The translations under genes and the position numbers were made by a program. From Tubiluchus corallicola (lineage: Eukaryota > Animalia > Priapulida), in the NCBI GenBank assembly GCA_030141605.1, contig JAQGDQ010002383.1, forward strand, positions 298,418-362,417: a stretch of 64,000 nt of DNA, read 5' to 3'. Under the pieces are notes generated by a model. The model was not told the DNA's origin. It did no database searches and worked only from the letters and a program-made list of their open reading frames with translations. Of this stretch, positions 29,327 to 42,300 are shown piece after piece. How positions within the stretch are numbered: position 1 is the stretch's first letter; every line of letters begins with the position of its first letter.

Positions 29327-29421
29327 CTAACTTGTATATTAAGTAATACGATACAGACAACATACTAGATTAAAAATTTCTAGCTTCATATTTGCATTTT
29401 GTTTCTACTCAACAGACCAAG

Positions 29422-32400
29422 ATGACAAGTTTAAATAAGGGATGCACGTTGCCTTTATATGTGGTGGATGCTTTCACAAGCCAGGCATTTGCTGGAAATG
29501 CTACTGTTGTATGTCTAGTGTCACACAATCAGGTAAATTAATGATCTGTCATTAACAAACTTTTCGTCTTAATCTGTTGTCAGCTATTTTTATTGCACTG
29601 TTCTTCACTGCAAATAACTTGTGATCCTATAGCACAAAATCAAAGTCAATGTATGTGGCTTAATCGCACTCTTATTTATGTAAAGATACGAGTTTTTAAC
29701 TACTAACTGATAATGTTTCTTGTTATTTATTTATGCGATTAACTCAATTAATCTACTGTGTTACAATAAATAAATCATTATATTATAATATTTAAATCAC
29801 AGGCTTGCATAATAAAAATCACTGGTTTCCTTTTAGAAATATTGAAACAAATTTAACAAGTTAGATGAAAATAAAAGTGTCCATTTGGTCACAGCTGAAA
29901 TCAATTTGTAATCAATTAAACTTATAACATCAGTCATAATAATGTCAGGATAATGGTGACTGTGCCTTTCAGTTATGTTTGTATTTGGATCTATTATAAC
30001 AGTAGGTGTTTTTCATAAAGCGTTAGTATAATTTTAAGTGAGAATTACAATGAGTATCAATGCAGAAAATGCATTTTGTTGTTGTTGTTGTTTCCGTCTC
30101 TACTGAGGCTTTGTAGTTTCTTTTTGCAATTAGAATAGATATTCTGTGTATTATTTGAACTGTACAAAACAGCAGATATGTTATATGTTCAAAATGTATC
30201 CCAAACTGCCCAAAAGCTGTGTTGTTTTTATTAGTTGAATTGTGGTGTAATCTGCATTTCTTGGGTTATATTATTAAATGGCTGTAGACATTGTGATGTA
30301 TATAGTCCTTCGGTTATTCTATTTTAGGTAATCGACGATGCAAAAATGCAAAAAATTGCTTTCGAAATGAACTTGCCGATAACCGGTTTCATTGCACTGC
30401 CAACAGAAAACGATTCGTTCAAGAATTCTTCCCGTTTTGGTCTACGATGGTTTACCCCTGCCTGCGAATTCCAACTGTGCGGTCATTCCACTCTTGCTGC
30501 TGCCACGGTGCTTTTCTCTTGTGTTGGTAAATTTGCTAAGCAGGACAGAAATGTAAATCTAGAAGCTGAAGCTGAGTCAGTTGCTACTAAATCAGCTGAG
30601 TCACACAGTAAATCAGCTAGCTCGGCTGAAACTGAGTCAGTTGCTACTAAATCAGCTGACACTCACAGTAAATCAGCTAACTCGGCTGAAACTGAGTCAG
30701 TTGCTACTAAATCATCTGACACTCACATAGTAAATCAGCTAGCTCGGCTGAAGTAATTTTAATGTTGTAATTGTAATTTTAAACAAACAAGCATACAAAA
30801 ACATACGTAAACTTGATAAAATCCTAAACAAAAAAATCTTTGCTTACGAATAGCCTAAATTGCTGCAGTTCAAGAATATGCCGGTACATGGTTTTTAAGA
30901 ACGTGACAACTGACAACTGTGTGAGTGACAGTACTTTCTCTACCTTACTGCAGATGCTAGCAGTGCAGCACCATCATGTGCTCTGGTTCCGTACAAGTAT
31001 AAAGAAAGAACTAAAGAAAAAAGACTTATTGTATTGAATATTATCGATAATATTGAGTGAAAATAGGGGGCGCTGCAGTTCTGATACTTATACACAACCG
31101 CCACTGTGCTGCATAAACACTAGGCCAAGTTGACCAAAACCTAAATTTTCCTAAGTGAACTTGGTTCAGGAATTGACACTTATGATTACTCCTTCAGTGG
31201 CTTACTTACTGGAGTTCACCATTACGAATGACAGATTGTGATTCTTATGTCCTGCAGCAACAATTTAGTGTTAGTTTGAATAGTTCTATTTGTGAACTGG
31301 TTTAAGTGATTCGACAGCACGCCCCTTTATATGCCATATATCTCTCATAATTTATGTACTCGCGATGTTAAAAAAATCTCCTGGCTTATAATCTGGCAAC
31401 TCTAGCAATGGATTTATTGAAAATATAATTTAAATCCAACCCTTGGCAAGGCTTATCTGGATTACCAACAAATCAATACTAAACACCAAAATGATCCCAT
31501 ACCTGTGGCTAATGTTGCCTATTTGTGCATTTTATTTAATTTTGAATTGACTGCTTTCTCATTCAAAAATTTCTGAAGTTTAGTATCTCTGCCAGCACAC
31601 GTACAATATGACCGCATTGCAACCAGTGATTTCATCATCATCATAAGCCTGTTACATTATTTCTAGACATTGGGCAGGCAAAATTCTAAAATAATAGAAA
31701 TCTGTCCTCAAAACAGGTAAACACAGCAGTAATCTAACAAAAACTGGACACTGCTATGCCAGTGACTTTTTCGCAAGAGCAAAAATCATCACAGCCGGCA
31801 AAAATGTCAGCTACCTCGACTTCCGTCACCGAGCGGCTGGCACGACTAAAGCTGGGTTTCTTATCGGCTAGGTCGACTGTAGAAATAAACCGGCTGGAGC
31901 TGAGCTGAAGCGGTACGGCTCTGGCTTCTATGGCGATCCCATAAGTATTTTTCACGTTGTCTTGAAAATCAGGGAGTTTTTATTTGCCAACCTAATACCA
32001 AACGAATTCACTGTGAATTTATTTGTGTGCTAATGTGTTTACTTCAAATAAGCTTCCATGCAGTTTTGCTTTTTTTTCTTCTATTGCTTGGAGATTGTGT
32101 GCCTTTTTTTGCATTTTAGGACTTAAAGCATTCCGCTGTTTTCAGTTCTCATCATATTTGGCATTTTCTTAGGAGACTGTCAGCTTTCCCTTCTTTTTAT
32201 CTGCACTTTAAAAAATTGGAAAAGAAAAATAGTGCCTGTTAACCATATTCTAAACCATATTCTATTCAAATAATGAAATTACAATTAGGCATTGCAATAT
32301 TTGATTGTATTGCTAATCCACTAATGCTACGATTAGGCTCTAAATATTTGTGAAATTGATAATCATTATGATAGGCAGGTCTGAAATTAAAAGGCAGCTA

Positions 32401-35400
32401 GTGAATATATCTACAGCTATGTAAATTATTACAGGTAACGAATTTACAGAGATTACATTTGATACGCTGAGTGGACCACTTGTTGCCAGAAAAAAAGAGG
32501 ACAATATGATTCTGCTTGATTTTCCTGCTAATCCAACTATTAGTGTTAACAAGGAAAATGTGAAAGAGCTTTTAAAGGTACCTACTCTTTTGAATGAGCT
32601 GTAAAACAAGTTTGCTTGGGTTTTTGTTGTAAGTAATTTTATCATTGAAGCTTTTAGCAGGTAGGTGGTTGACAGTTTGGAAGACATTCTGACACCTTGG
32701 TATATTTATGTATTTTAGGAAATTTCCAGGCTTACTCGTTTTAACTGTGTGTGCTGGCCATGTTTTTCAAATGTATCATATGGGCTGTTTTTTTGGTCAA
32801 TAGCTAAATTGCAGCTTTGCACAGACTTTTTTGAAGGCATATTACTTAGTATTATCTTACTTGTATTACTTAGTATTACGCTTTCTTGCCTGCAATACTC
32901 ATGTAAATAGAAAAGACACATTTTCTAGCTTTATGTAAGTAAAGGGCTTTCTTGCCTGCAATACTCATGTAAATAGAAAAGACACATTTTCTAGCTTTAT
33001 GTAAGTAAAGGGCTTTCTTGCCTGCAATACTCATGTAAATAGAAAAGACACATTTTCTAGCTTTATGTAAGTAAAGGGCTTTCTTGCCTGCAATACTCTT
33101 GTAAATAGAAAAGACACATTTTCTAGCTTTATGTAAGTAAAGGGCTTTCTTGCCTGCAATACTCATGTAAATAGAAAAGACACATTTTCTAGCTTTATGT
33201 AAGTAAAGGGCTTTCTTGCCTTTTATGACAATTTTTTGGTGTTTTAATTAACCCTATTCAGTTTTTGAATTTACCTGAAGAGGGGGACAGCATGAGAGGA
33301 GCATGGAAATTATTCAAAGGTGGGACGGGGTGGGGTGGTTACAGTAATGGTGGCAGTGAAGCGCTTGCTGTTACTTTATTGTTTCTTTTTACTGGCTGTT
33401 ACACACCCGTGCATGCATGCACACGCACGCACACACCCACACACACACACTGTTACATAATATAGTAAAGTATATCATATCACTCTTTTCGGTGATTCTA
33501 GATTGCATAGCACTCCTACAATAGGACTAGTTGAAGTTTAGCAAACAACTATCACAATTACTAACCTGACATTCTGTGCATTAAATTTAGAAATCCACAG
33601 ATTAAAGATACGAGACAATGCCGCTATGATAAAACTAAGGGTGCATTCAGACTAGCGAGTTTTCTGTTGGGAGTTTTTCTCTAACACCAAACTTGCAAGT
33701 GTGAACTGCTTTGCGAGTTACTATCGACAAGTCATTGCACACTTTCAGACAGTTGCTACGAAATGATTTCCTGTTTAGTGTGAACAGTCTCAGCGAGTTA
33801 CTCTTGACACTGCTCCCAGTGAATAGAGGAGGAGTATCAGCTGGTGTTTACTTCATGCTGGAGAATTTTGTTCTTTAGTCTGAACGTGCTTGCGAGTTAC
33901 TTGGCGAGAAAATTTGCTAGTATGAATGCTTCATTACTCTCAAAAGCAGTGCGACAAAATATCAACATTCTTGCAACAGTCAAGTCATCTAAATTCTTCT
34001 TTGTAAAAAGTATTTTGGTCCAAACTTTAATACACTGTAGAATCTTACGTGAATGTTTTTTATAATACAGGTACTTGTTGGAGATTTACCTATTGTTGAT
34101 GTGGAGTATGCTCCTGTTATACAACAAATGATTGTGTGTCTTCAAGATTCTGTGTCCAGGTGTGCATGTTGATAATTTTTTATTTGGTTTGTCGTGTGTC
34201 ATTCGTTTTGCACTTTTCATTTGCTTTCATGTTATTATACATACTATAAAATTGCTGCAAATTGCACAAATCTGCAATTAATCTCTATTTCTATGAAGTG
34301 TGTTTGTGTATGTTTGTTTATTTGTTTGCTATAAAGTCCTGTTTTATTTATTTAACTTAAAATTTGGTCTATTAAGTTGCTAATACATCACACTCCCCAT
34401 TGAATTATGGGATATGTACAGTTATGTGCAGAAATCAATTAACAAAAGCTGAAGTCAGTCTACTTTTTAACTTTTGGCAGGAGTTCTACTTACATGAAAA
34501 AGAATTTAAAATACACTATGTTTCAGTCCATTGTTGGGTTCATTCTCTCATTGTCTCATTTTTCATTCATTAGTCATTGATGTTATTATTGTTGTAAGTA
34601 TAAGGCTTCATGTGTGTGTGTGTGTTTTACCTTCAGGCAAGGACTACTATACAACAGGACGTGCACAGTCAGATCTCTGATTCCGCCAGCGGAGGCGATC
34701 AATACTTGTAATGAACGTAATCTAGAAATAGTGCGCTTTAGAGAGTAGTGATCTTGGAAATTAAAGAATGGACGGATCGGTAGATAGCGAGTATTATTTT
34801 TCATTTAATTGGTTCTTTACATTACGGGAGAAAAGTTCCAATTGTTTATTTTATGTATCAAAGGAAATTAGTGTTCATTTTTACTTCTTAAATAGCGCAC
34901 TACTTTAGGCGTAAGTGTGTTTTACCGGAAGTAGTGCTTTGTCATTGTTAATGTGTCATTGTTCAAAGTCAAGTGAAGCGTTGTTTTCGTGCTTGTGTTT
35001 GTTTCTTTTGGGATTATTTTCAAAATTTCTCGTGGATTTTATACATCTGTGCTCAGCAGCATGCCTAACAAGGTAACTATGACACGGAGAACAAGTGTCG
35101 TGTGTTCAGACTGCCAAGAGATCATGTAGAAAAACAGAAATGGCTAAGTGTTCTTCCCCCACGCGAAGGCTTTGTTGTTGATCCATCGAAATTTTTCATT
35201 TGCGAAAAGCATTGGCCATCGGATACTCAAATAGTCAAAATTCCAGGTGGTCACACCAGCCAGTGGATCCACCCAGTATTTTCAACGTTCCAACATCATG
35301 CTTGCCCACTCCAAAGCCACCACCTCGCCCTCCAAAAACTGAGGACCAGCAGCTGAATTATTTCTTTAAAAAGGATAAAATAACTTATCTCAATGAATTC

Positions 35401-38400
35401 ACTCCTGAGAAAGACCTGCATAAGACGTATCAGAACCTCATTATATCTCGCGCACAAGACAAATTTGTGTGCATGTTCATGGAAGAGGACCACAGTCAAT
35501 GTTATATGTCAATTATTGTTCACAATAAGCCTACCTTGTGTTCCCCTCTTACTCTGTATGCTTTCAAAAACGGGATCAGTGTGCCATTAATTAAAATCCT
35601 CAGTCCGAACAATGGACTGTCCTCTTACTCACAATTTTTCGCGGTTGTGAATTCTGTTGTCAACCACATTCATCATGTTGATGATATTGTCAACAAAGTG
35701 ACAAAGTCTCTTGAACTTGAACTAGCTCAAAATCGAGAACAATCTCCTAGTGTTAATGCTAAAGCCAAGAAGCTCAAATTTCTAACACGACAGCTTCGAC
35801 TATTATGTGATAAGACTTTCACAGTGTCTGATTATTGCTTTGCAATAGAGTCATTTCCCCATTGCAATTACGAACAACTGCGTGACTTTTTAGTGTTACC
35901 CAGCAAAAGAAAGCTGCAGTCAGTTATTTCATCGACAGATATTGACAAGGTGCTAGGTAAAACATTTCAGAAAGTAAAAAGCTCTGAGCAGAAACACTGT
36001 ATGCTATTGGTGGATGAAGTGAAAATATGCCCAACAGTGGCTTAAGGTCCCATGTTGCTTAATTTTGCAGCTAAGGACACTGTGAGCAACAAGCTAATCC
36101 TGTCATTCGTGATAAAACAATAAAGAGACATTTATTTTCAGGGAGATCTTGGAAGCAAGGGCACCGGATATTTTTGCTCTTCCTGCAGCTAACACATCCC
36201 TGATGAAACTGTACGGTGTCCACTTGACGGTTAAAGCTCCAGCCAACTCCGGCTATGACTTTTATTCCCGCAGTTTTTTTCCCTGGATTGGAACGTCTGA
36301 AGATCCAGTTTGTGGTAAACAATTTGCATTGTTTATGTAAGAATGAATGAATATACTATTGATATATATGAATTAATTATAATTATCTTTGCTTTAAAGT
36401 AAAGCTAAACAAAAGAAATTATGTTTATTATTCTTGATGTGCACCATTTTGCTGCGTCTGTGTTTGCCAGTAAGTGGCGTACTCTACTGGCGTTGTTTTG
36501 TAACTTTTCTTTCTCTTTTGAAATGCAGCACAACTAGGGTTGTGGTTTATACAGTAAAATAATTAATATTGGAACATACGATAATTTGAGGCTTCATGCC
36601 ATACAAAAGAGGTAGCTATACGAAGATTGTTAATTAGTTAGTTAGCTATATAAGCTAGTCAGTTAGTCAATCAGTTAGTTTTGGCAAGTTTTCAGTATGG
36701 CATGTTGGGTTGGACAGCTGGGTGTTCTTGGCACTCTTGGCGGCTTTACATTCTTGGAGGCTTGGCGATGGGGTGGAAGACAGAGGCAAGATTTGGAGTG
36801 GAAAACAGGTAGAGTGTCGGCAGTGGGACTGATGTAGGAAGATAGTAGGGTGTGAAGAGAACCACCTAAACTGCAAGAGTGCCCAAATCAATACCAAAAC
36901 ACTAAAATGATCCCATGCGTGTGTCTAACATTGCCTATTTTTGTGTTTAATTTTGAATTGACTGCTTTCTCATTAAAAAATTTTTCAAAGATAGTATCTC
37001 TGCCAGCACACGCACACAGTATGACCACGAATCCGTAGTGCATTCGCCAAATTTCACCCAGTGATTTCGTCATCATCACAAGCCTGTTATGTCAATTGTA
37101 GACATTGGGTAGGCAGAACTCTAAAATAAAAGAAATCTGCCCTCAAGACAGGTAAACACAGCAGTAACCTAGCAAAAAACTAGACACTGCTTTGGCAGTG
37201 GCTTGTTCGCAAGAGCTAAAATCTTCGCAGCCGGCAAAAATGTCGGCTGGCTCCACTCATCTCTGAGTGGCTGGTGCGACTAAAGCTGGGTTTCTTATCG
37301 GCTAGGTCGACTGTAGAAGTGAATTGCCTGGAGTTCAGCTGAAACGACATGGCTCATGCCTCTAGTTTTAAGATGAAGATTAGTTTTAGTTTTGTTCTGT
37401 GTTAGTCTTGCATTTTCTGTCTTAAGTCTGACTGAAAATCACTATGTCACTGAAGGAGTTGCCAGTTTTATGGTTTTTCTGTTGAGGTGGTTTCTAACTT
37501 TGCAGTTTTTATGAGAATAATGAAATTTTGGCCACAAAATATTCTATCCAGTACAGAAGGACTTATGTGGTAATAGTTCCAGTGAATAAAGTATACATTG
37601 TAGGCCTGATTTTCAAAAACATGAAATGTTTTTTTTTCAAAAACATGAAAAGCCTATCTTAATTCATTATATTTGCATGTTTAAAGTTTGCAATGTTTGA
37701 TGCCAGTAATCTCCAACTAATTTCTGACTATGTTAGGGTCGGCTCACACTATATTTGGTTGTTACTGGCAAAAAGTGCTGGGAAAATCAACTTTTCAAGG
37801 TAGGATAATTTGCTGTTTTATGACGTTTGTTATAATTTAACTTATGATGCTTATTCGTTTATGATCTGATTTTGTATGTTTTTCAGTATGTCAGTAGATC
37901 TCAATTTAAATTCTGTGCAAGATTATTACCATGCTGACAAAGAGCGACATAGGTTTGATTTACTTAATGTCGTACAGCACACTGTAATTTAATGTGTGTA
38001 AAGTCCTCGAAAGGTTAAAAAATGAAAATTTCCAGCCATTGTAAATAACTGCGTCTTAGTTTACATAATTTTTCACAAAAAATTACAGAATGCTATAAAA
38101 TATAATTGTTATTTTGAACAATATATATTTTTAGTGGCCAGTCACAAAGTATAATTACTGCCCTGCAATACCATATCACATAGACTTGTGCAGCATATGT
38201 TACCGGAACAGTATCTTGCTTAACCCTTTTACCGCCTCCATGATGTACTATTATGTCTATTTTTTGTATTGGCTTATGCCTATTTGATGTACATATTTAT
38301 CATTAGTATCTAGCGCTCCATTTAAACTCTGGCGAAGTGTATTATCGCTTAGTTTAGTACGTTTAGACAGCTAGCAGGGCCCAGCACAGCTCCAGGAATA

Positions 38401-39391
38401 TGTGTAAACTGAGTTTGACCTTATTTCCTTGGCTACATAGCACATCTGCTACGTACATATATGTCTTCGACTGTGAATTCTGCATCATTTGAAATTTGCT
38501 GTTTTTGCACATTTTTATTATTATTAATAATAATCTTTTGTTCGTATAAAATTTTTTATACAGCAATGTAGTTTTAGTATAAATAATTAATACAATGAAA
38601 AATAATTTTTGTTAGTAATTAAAAAACAAGAGATTTAGAGATTTTAAGACAATTTTCAGCAAAAAGCTTAAAGATTTGATAGTTTTGGAGGTTTTAATGC
38701 ATATGCACACTCTCCCACTTATTTTAGAGATGATGGACCTATATATATATATATATATATATATATGTTCTAAACATTCTTGATAGATATATAAAAATGA
38801 TCTGTAAAGGGATTATTATTCTTGTACACAATTCTACGTGATTTTAAGGCTTTTGGTTTTTGCATGTATTTTACTTTTGATAAATGTATACCAAAACAAA
38901 TATATTTTTAATTGTGACTTGCACAAGTTGATTTTCGGGCTGAATTTAGGGGCTGAAGCTGTTTTACTTGCATGACACTATAATTTTGCTTTGGAGGTTC
39001 ATTTATTGATCTAAATTCAGTTTCATGTGCAGTTTCATATCACCATATTGCCTCATTTGCAAATAAATATAAAACTTAAACAAGTAAGTAAATATATAGG
39101 CCTAACAAATTTTCGTGAATGAATGTAATGATTGATTGATTGAATGAATGAATGAATAGGTGGGTGCATGATTGATTTTTATTTGGCTTGTTGAAATCAT
39201 ATCTTTTTTTCTTATGAACAATATCAAAATAAAGTTGCAAAGTTGTTATTTTGTCATGTGCTTTGTGCGTTTTTGTAGCTCGTCAGTGCTCAAAAAGAGG
39301 AGGAGATGTCTACGTGAATGTACGAGAAGACAAGAGAGTCGAGATTGGAGGCAAGTCTGTAGTCGTTATAGAAGGAAAGATCTATTTATAG
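29422..39391 (+). CDS. PBLD: PhzF/PBLD-like protein (DAP-epimerase fold), copy 1, 296 aa, altered active-site motifs
   Basis: Exons 29422-29532, 30328-30526, 32435-32577, 34071-34159, 36142-36314, 37737-37799, 39279-39391 (891 nt, open frame). Motifs VDAFT..F.GN, EMNLPITGF, LRWFTP..E..LCGHSTLA, TLSGPL, LDFP, YDFYSR.F.PW.G..EDPVCGSAH, QCSKRGG. Confidence 0.92.
30563..30752. repeat. 60-bp tandem repeat x3 in intron 2 of copy 1
   Basis: Unit GCTGAAACTGAGTCAGTTGCTACTAAATCAGCTGACACTCACAGTAAATCAGCTAGCTCG; single unit in copies 2 and 3 (~46365, ~60751). Confidence 0.9.
31470..31930. repeat. Unclassified ~470-bp element present in both intron 2 and intron 5 of the PhzF-like gene
   Basis: AAATCAATAC..AAAATGATCCCA..CAGGTAAACACAGCAGTAA..GCTAGGTCGACTGTAGAA recurs at ~36885-37360, ~46690-47150, ~51838-52315 and ~61078-61540. 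Confidence 0.75.
32880..33220. repeat. 66-bp minisatellite x5 in intron 3 of copy 1
   Basis: Unit GCTTTCTTGCCTGCAATACTCATGTAAATAGAAAAGACACATTTTCTAGCTTTATGTAAGTAAAGG; single unit in copies 2 and 3. Confidence 0.97.
33636..33936. mobile_element. PIF/Harbinger-like MITE (also at 48607-48907 and 62996-63296)
   Basis: TAA-GGGTGCATTCAGACTAGCGAGTTTTCT ... AGAAAATTTGCTAGTATGAATGCTTCA-TTA; internal GTGTGAAC..GCGAGTTAC repeats. Confidence 0.65.
34638..36045 (+). mobile_element. Truncated P-element-like (THAP-domain) DNA transposon in intron 4 of copy 1
   Basis: THAP-like VFRLPRD..KQKWL..FICEKHW..PSIF (frameshifted near 35260), then YEQLRDFLVLPSKRKLQ and CMLLVDEVKI, typical of P/THAP9 transposases. 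Starts CAAGG where copy 2 diverges; absent from copy 2. Confidence 0.8.
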
Positions 39392-42300
39392 TCTAAATCA
39401 TGGAATCGTACTTTATCTGATTGCTTTATCACAGTGTTGCCATTCTGGTTGATAAAGATTATTGTTTTGGAAGCTAAAAATTATAGTATTTTCCACCATA
39501 TTATCGCATCTTCATGCAAAATTCAAAATTTCTGTGTATTTGCAGCAAATTGTTATTATTATTGTATAATTATGCATTTAATAAGTAACCATAACACCAA
39601 AAAGTACTGTAGAAAACTGGCTATTTGTTTTACAGATTTTATTTTCCACTCATTGTAAAAAAGGTGAAACTGCAAGAGAAACAAGAAAAAAGAACATGAA
39701 ACAAAAGTAAATCCATAACAGACATGCAAAAAATAAATAAAGGAACAAGCATTAGCAAATTAACAAGCATACTGAAGCAGAATTTACTAATAAATAAACT
39801 TCCTGACATATCACAAATCAGCATGCACGCCTACACAAAAACACGCATATGCATATGCAGTTGCAAAAAAAAAACAATAATTAGGCATCACCGTAACACT
39901 ATTAGAAACTACCAAGCTGACAAATAAATTACTGCAAAGTTCTGCATAAAAATGAAGAAACATAAGAACTTACAAACGTTTGAGGATCTGTAGAAAAAAC
40001 TTTAAGCCAGTCTTCAGAAATTAACAGAGACATACTGATTCTACAACGGTGGCATACTGACTTCACAACTACTATACCACTAAAAACACAATTTTTTCCT
40101 ATTCTAAGGCTATCTAACCACTCATACAAGAGCGGCCAAGCATGTCAAACAAACTCTACAGGTAATGCAAAATGAATAATGACACTCTAGAATCAAAACA
40201 CCTGGCTTCACTGTACCCAAGCTGGCCTGAGAGATAACAAGTACCATTAGCAAGTGTAAAATTAAGTTTATCAAAACACAGTAGAATGTCGCTACCAGTC
40301 TCTTTTGAAATTACTGCTTTTTTCTGAAAACTTTGACCACTAATTGCGACCAGCATGGTTTGGATTACAACGAAGTCAAAATTTGTTTACTTTCCCCTGG
40401 TAAGCAGTAATGTTTTTTGTCTAAATTATCGTATAATTATCTGTTATCGTACAGTCTGTTTTTTTTGTATGGTATGAAGCATCAAATTATCGTATATTCG
40501 AATAATTATCATATAAAAAGCAACCCTGTTTATCATTTTCATGTCAGGTAAGTGCTAGAAAATAGAACGAAGGTAGAACTGTAGCAGTGCGTAGTTAATA
40601 TAAAAAAGAGTTCCTTTAAGGGAAAATAGAATGGTGTATAATGTTCTCTTATGATCAGTGATTATTTTATCATTGTTGTGTTTTTAATTAGAAATGCTCC
40701 TTTTAAGGGAAAATTAAAATAAGCTTTTAGCATGTAGTGAACTGAGTGGAATTCTGAAATAGTGTTGTTCCCTATAATAATTTTACAATTTTAGTCAAAG
40801 GATTATGTGCAGTTTTAATAGAAATATTATTTTATGTTCTATGCACTAAGTGGGATGGACGTTTTTGTTGTTGTTGATGTATACTATCTTTTCTCTATAT
40901 ACCAGCTAGACTACACCACTATTGTTATGCATTTGGGAAGTTTTACTTATGGACCAAAGTTGACCTTACCTTTTTTGCCCATTTCTGAAGTTAATTATTG
41001 TAGGTTTTATATTTTAGAATTTAAATGTGCCACATTGTTGCTTTATTAGGGTAGAGGATTGAGTGATATTTTATCAATTGTGCCAAATAAATTAACTTGT
41101 TCTCGGTTAAAGCGGCTTAGGACTATAATAATGGCGGTTATATGCGCCATGCAATTTCTATATTTGAATGAAAATACAGCATTATTGTGTAAATTGTGCC
41201 AAATAAGTTAATATGTTTCTGCTTAAAGTGGATTATCAAGTTACTGCTGTGTTATTTGATTACAGTAATTTTTGTGGCTTTATAAATCGACCAAGTCCAC
41301 ATTAAGATGAAATTATATTTTTTGTAAACAGGATGAAACAGGATAGGAAATAAGTTAACAGGTTTCTGCTTAAAGCAGATTACGAAGTTACAGATGCGCT
41401 AAGCTATACTTTTTGATTACAGTTATATTTATAGCTGTATAAATCGTGGATTGAATAATTAAAATGAAATTATTTTTGTTTGTTTAATGAGATTATTCTT
41501 GTTTATTTAAACTTTAACTATGTTTCTGTGTTACAATAAATGAACTCAAAGCAGAAAATGCAGTTCCTTATATGTTTAAATTCCTGGCAAGAATAAGGGG
41601 GCATTTTATAGTACAATTCTAATGTTGTATATGTTAGATATCATGAAGCAATATAAATTTATCAGAATAGCTCATTGCCACACTTAAGATTTCTGGAAGT
41701 CAGTGATCAAAAGTTATATTACTGCATATTTTATTTAATAAAAACTTTAATTTGGAAACAATATGCAGCCAATAATATGTTAGAATCTTGCTTGTTTCTT
41801 TTGTCACATCAAACTCGCATGTACACAATCTCTAAGAACACTTAAATTGTTGCATGAGGTCTGTCTCAACAGTAAGAACAGCTACGTGTGAGAGTTTTCT
41901 ATACAATAGCTTACAATAACTGTACGATAAAATGATTTACTATTACCAGTTGACAGAGTACCAAAATGTGTAGAAATGAAGAAGTGAACTCATAAGATAT
42001 CATACTAAGTGCAGGTGATGCTACTCATTGTATAATAAATAAAAATTGGAAAAAGTCAAAAAGTTGATAAATCTTGTTGCTGTCTCAGTTGATGTGACTT
42101 ATCAAATGCACTTTCACTGTTTCCTTCATGCACTTTACTTAATCACAGCCTCTTTTTGTTGTTAGCTGATGTTATTTTGCGTAATTTGTTGTGATTTTTG
42201 TTATAAAGTTATGCAATTTGTTTTGTTTTTTTACAGAAGAAGTGGTAGTTTGTTAACATTCTACTTTATTTAATCTCATTTTAGGTGTCAGTTTATGTGC

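Noticed and set aside
32880-33220. CRISPR-like periodic repeat
   Set aside because: Units are contiguous and near-identical with no unique spacers; eukaryotic intron; no cas genes.
39608-40244. ~640-bp segment present only in unit 1, flanked by AAGTAC
   Set aside because: Could be an insertion with TSD or a microhomology deletion in unit 2; no recognisable termini or protein, so left unclassified.
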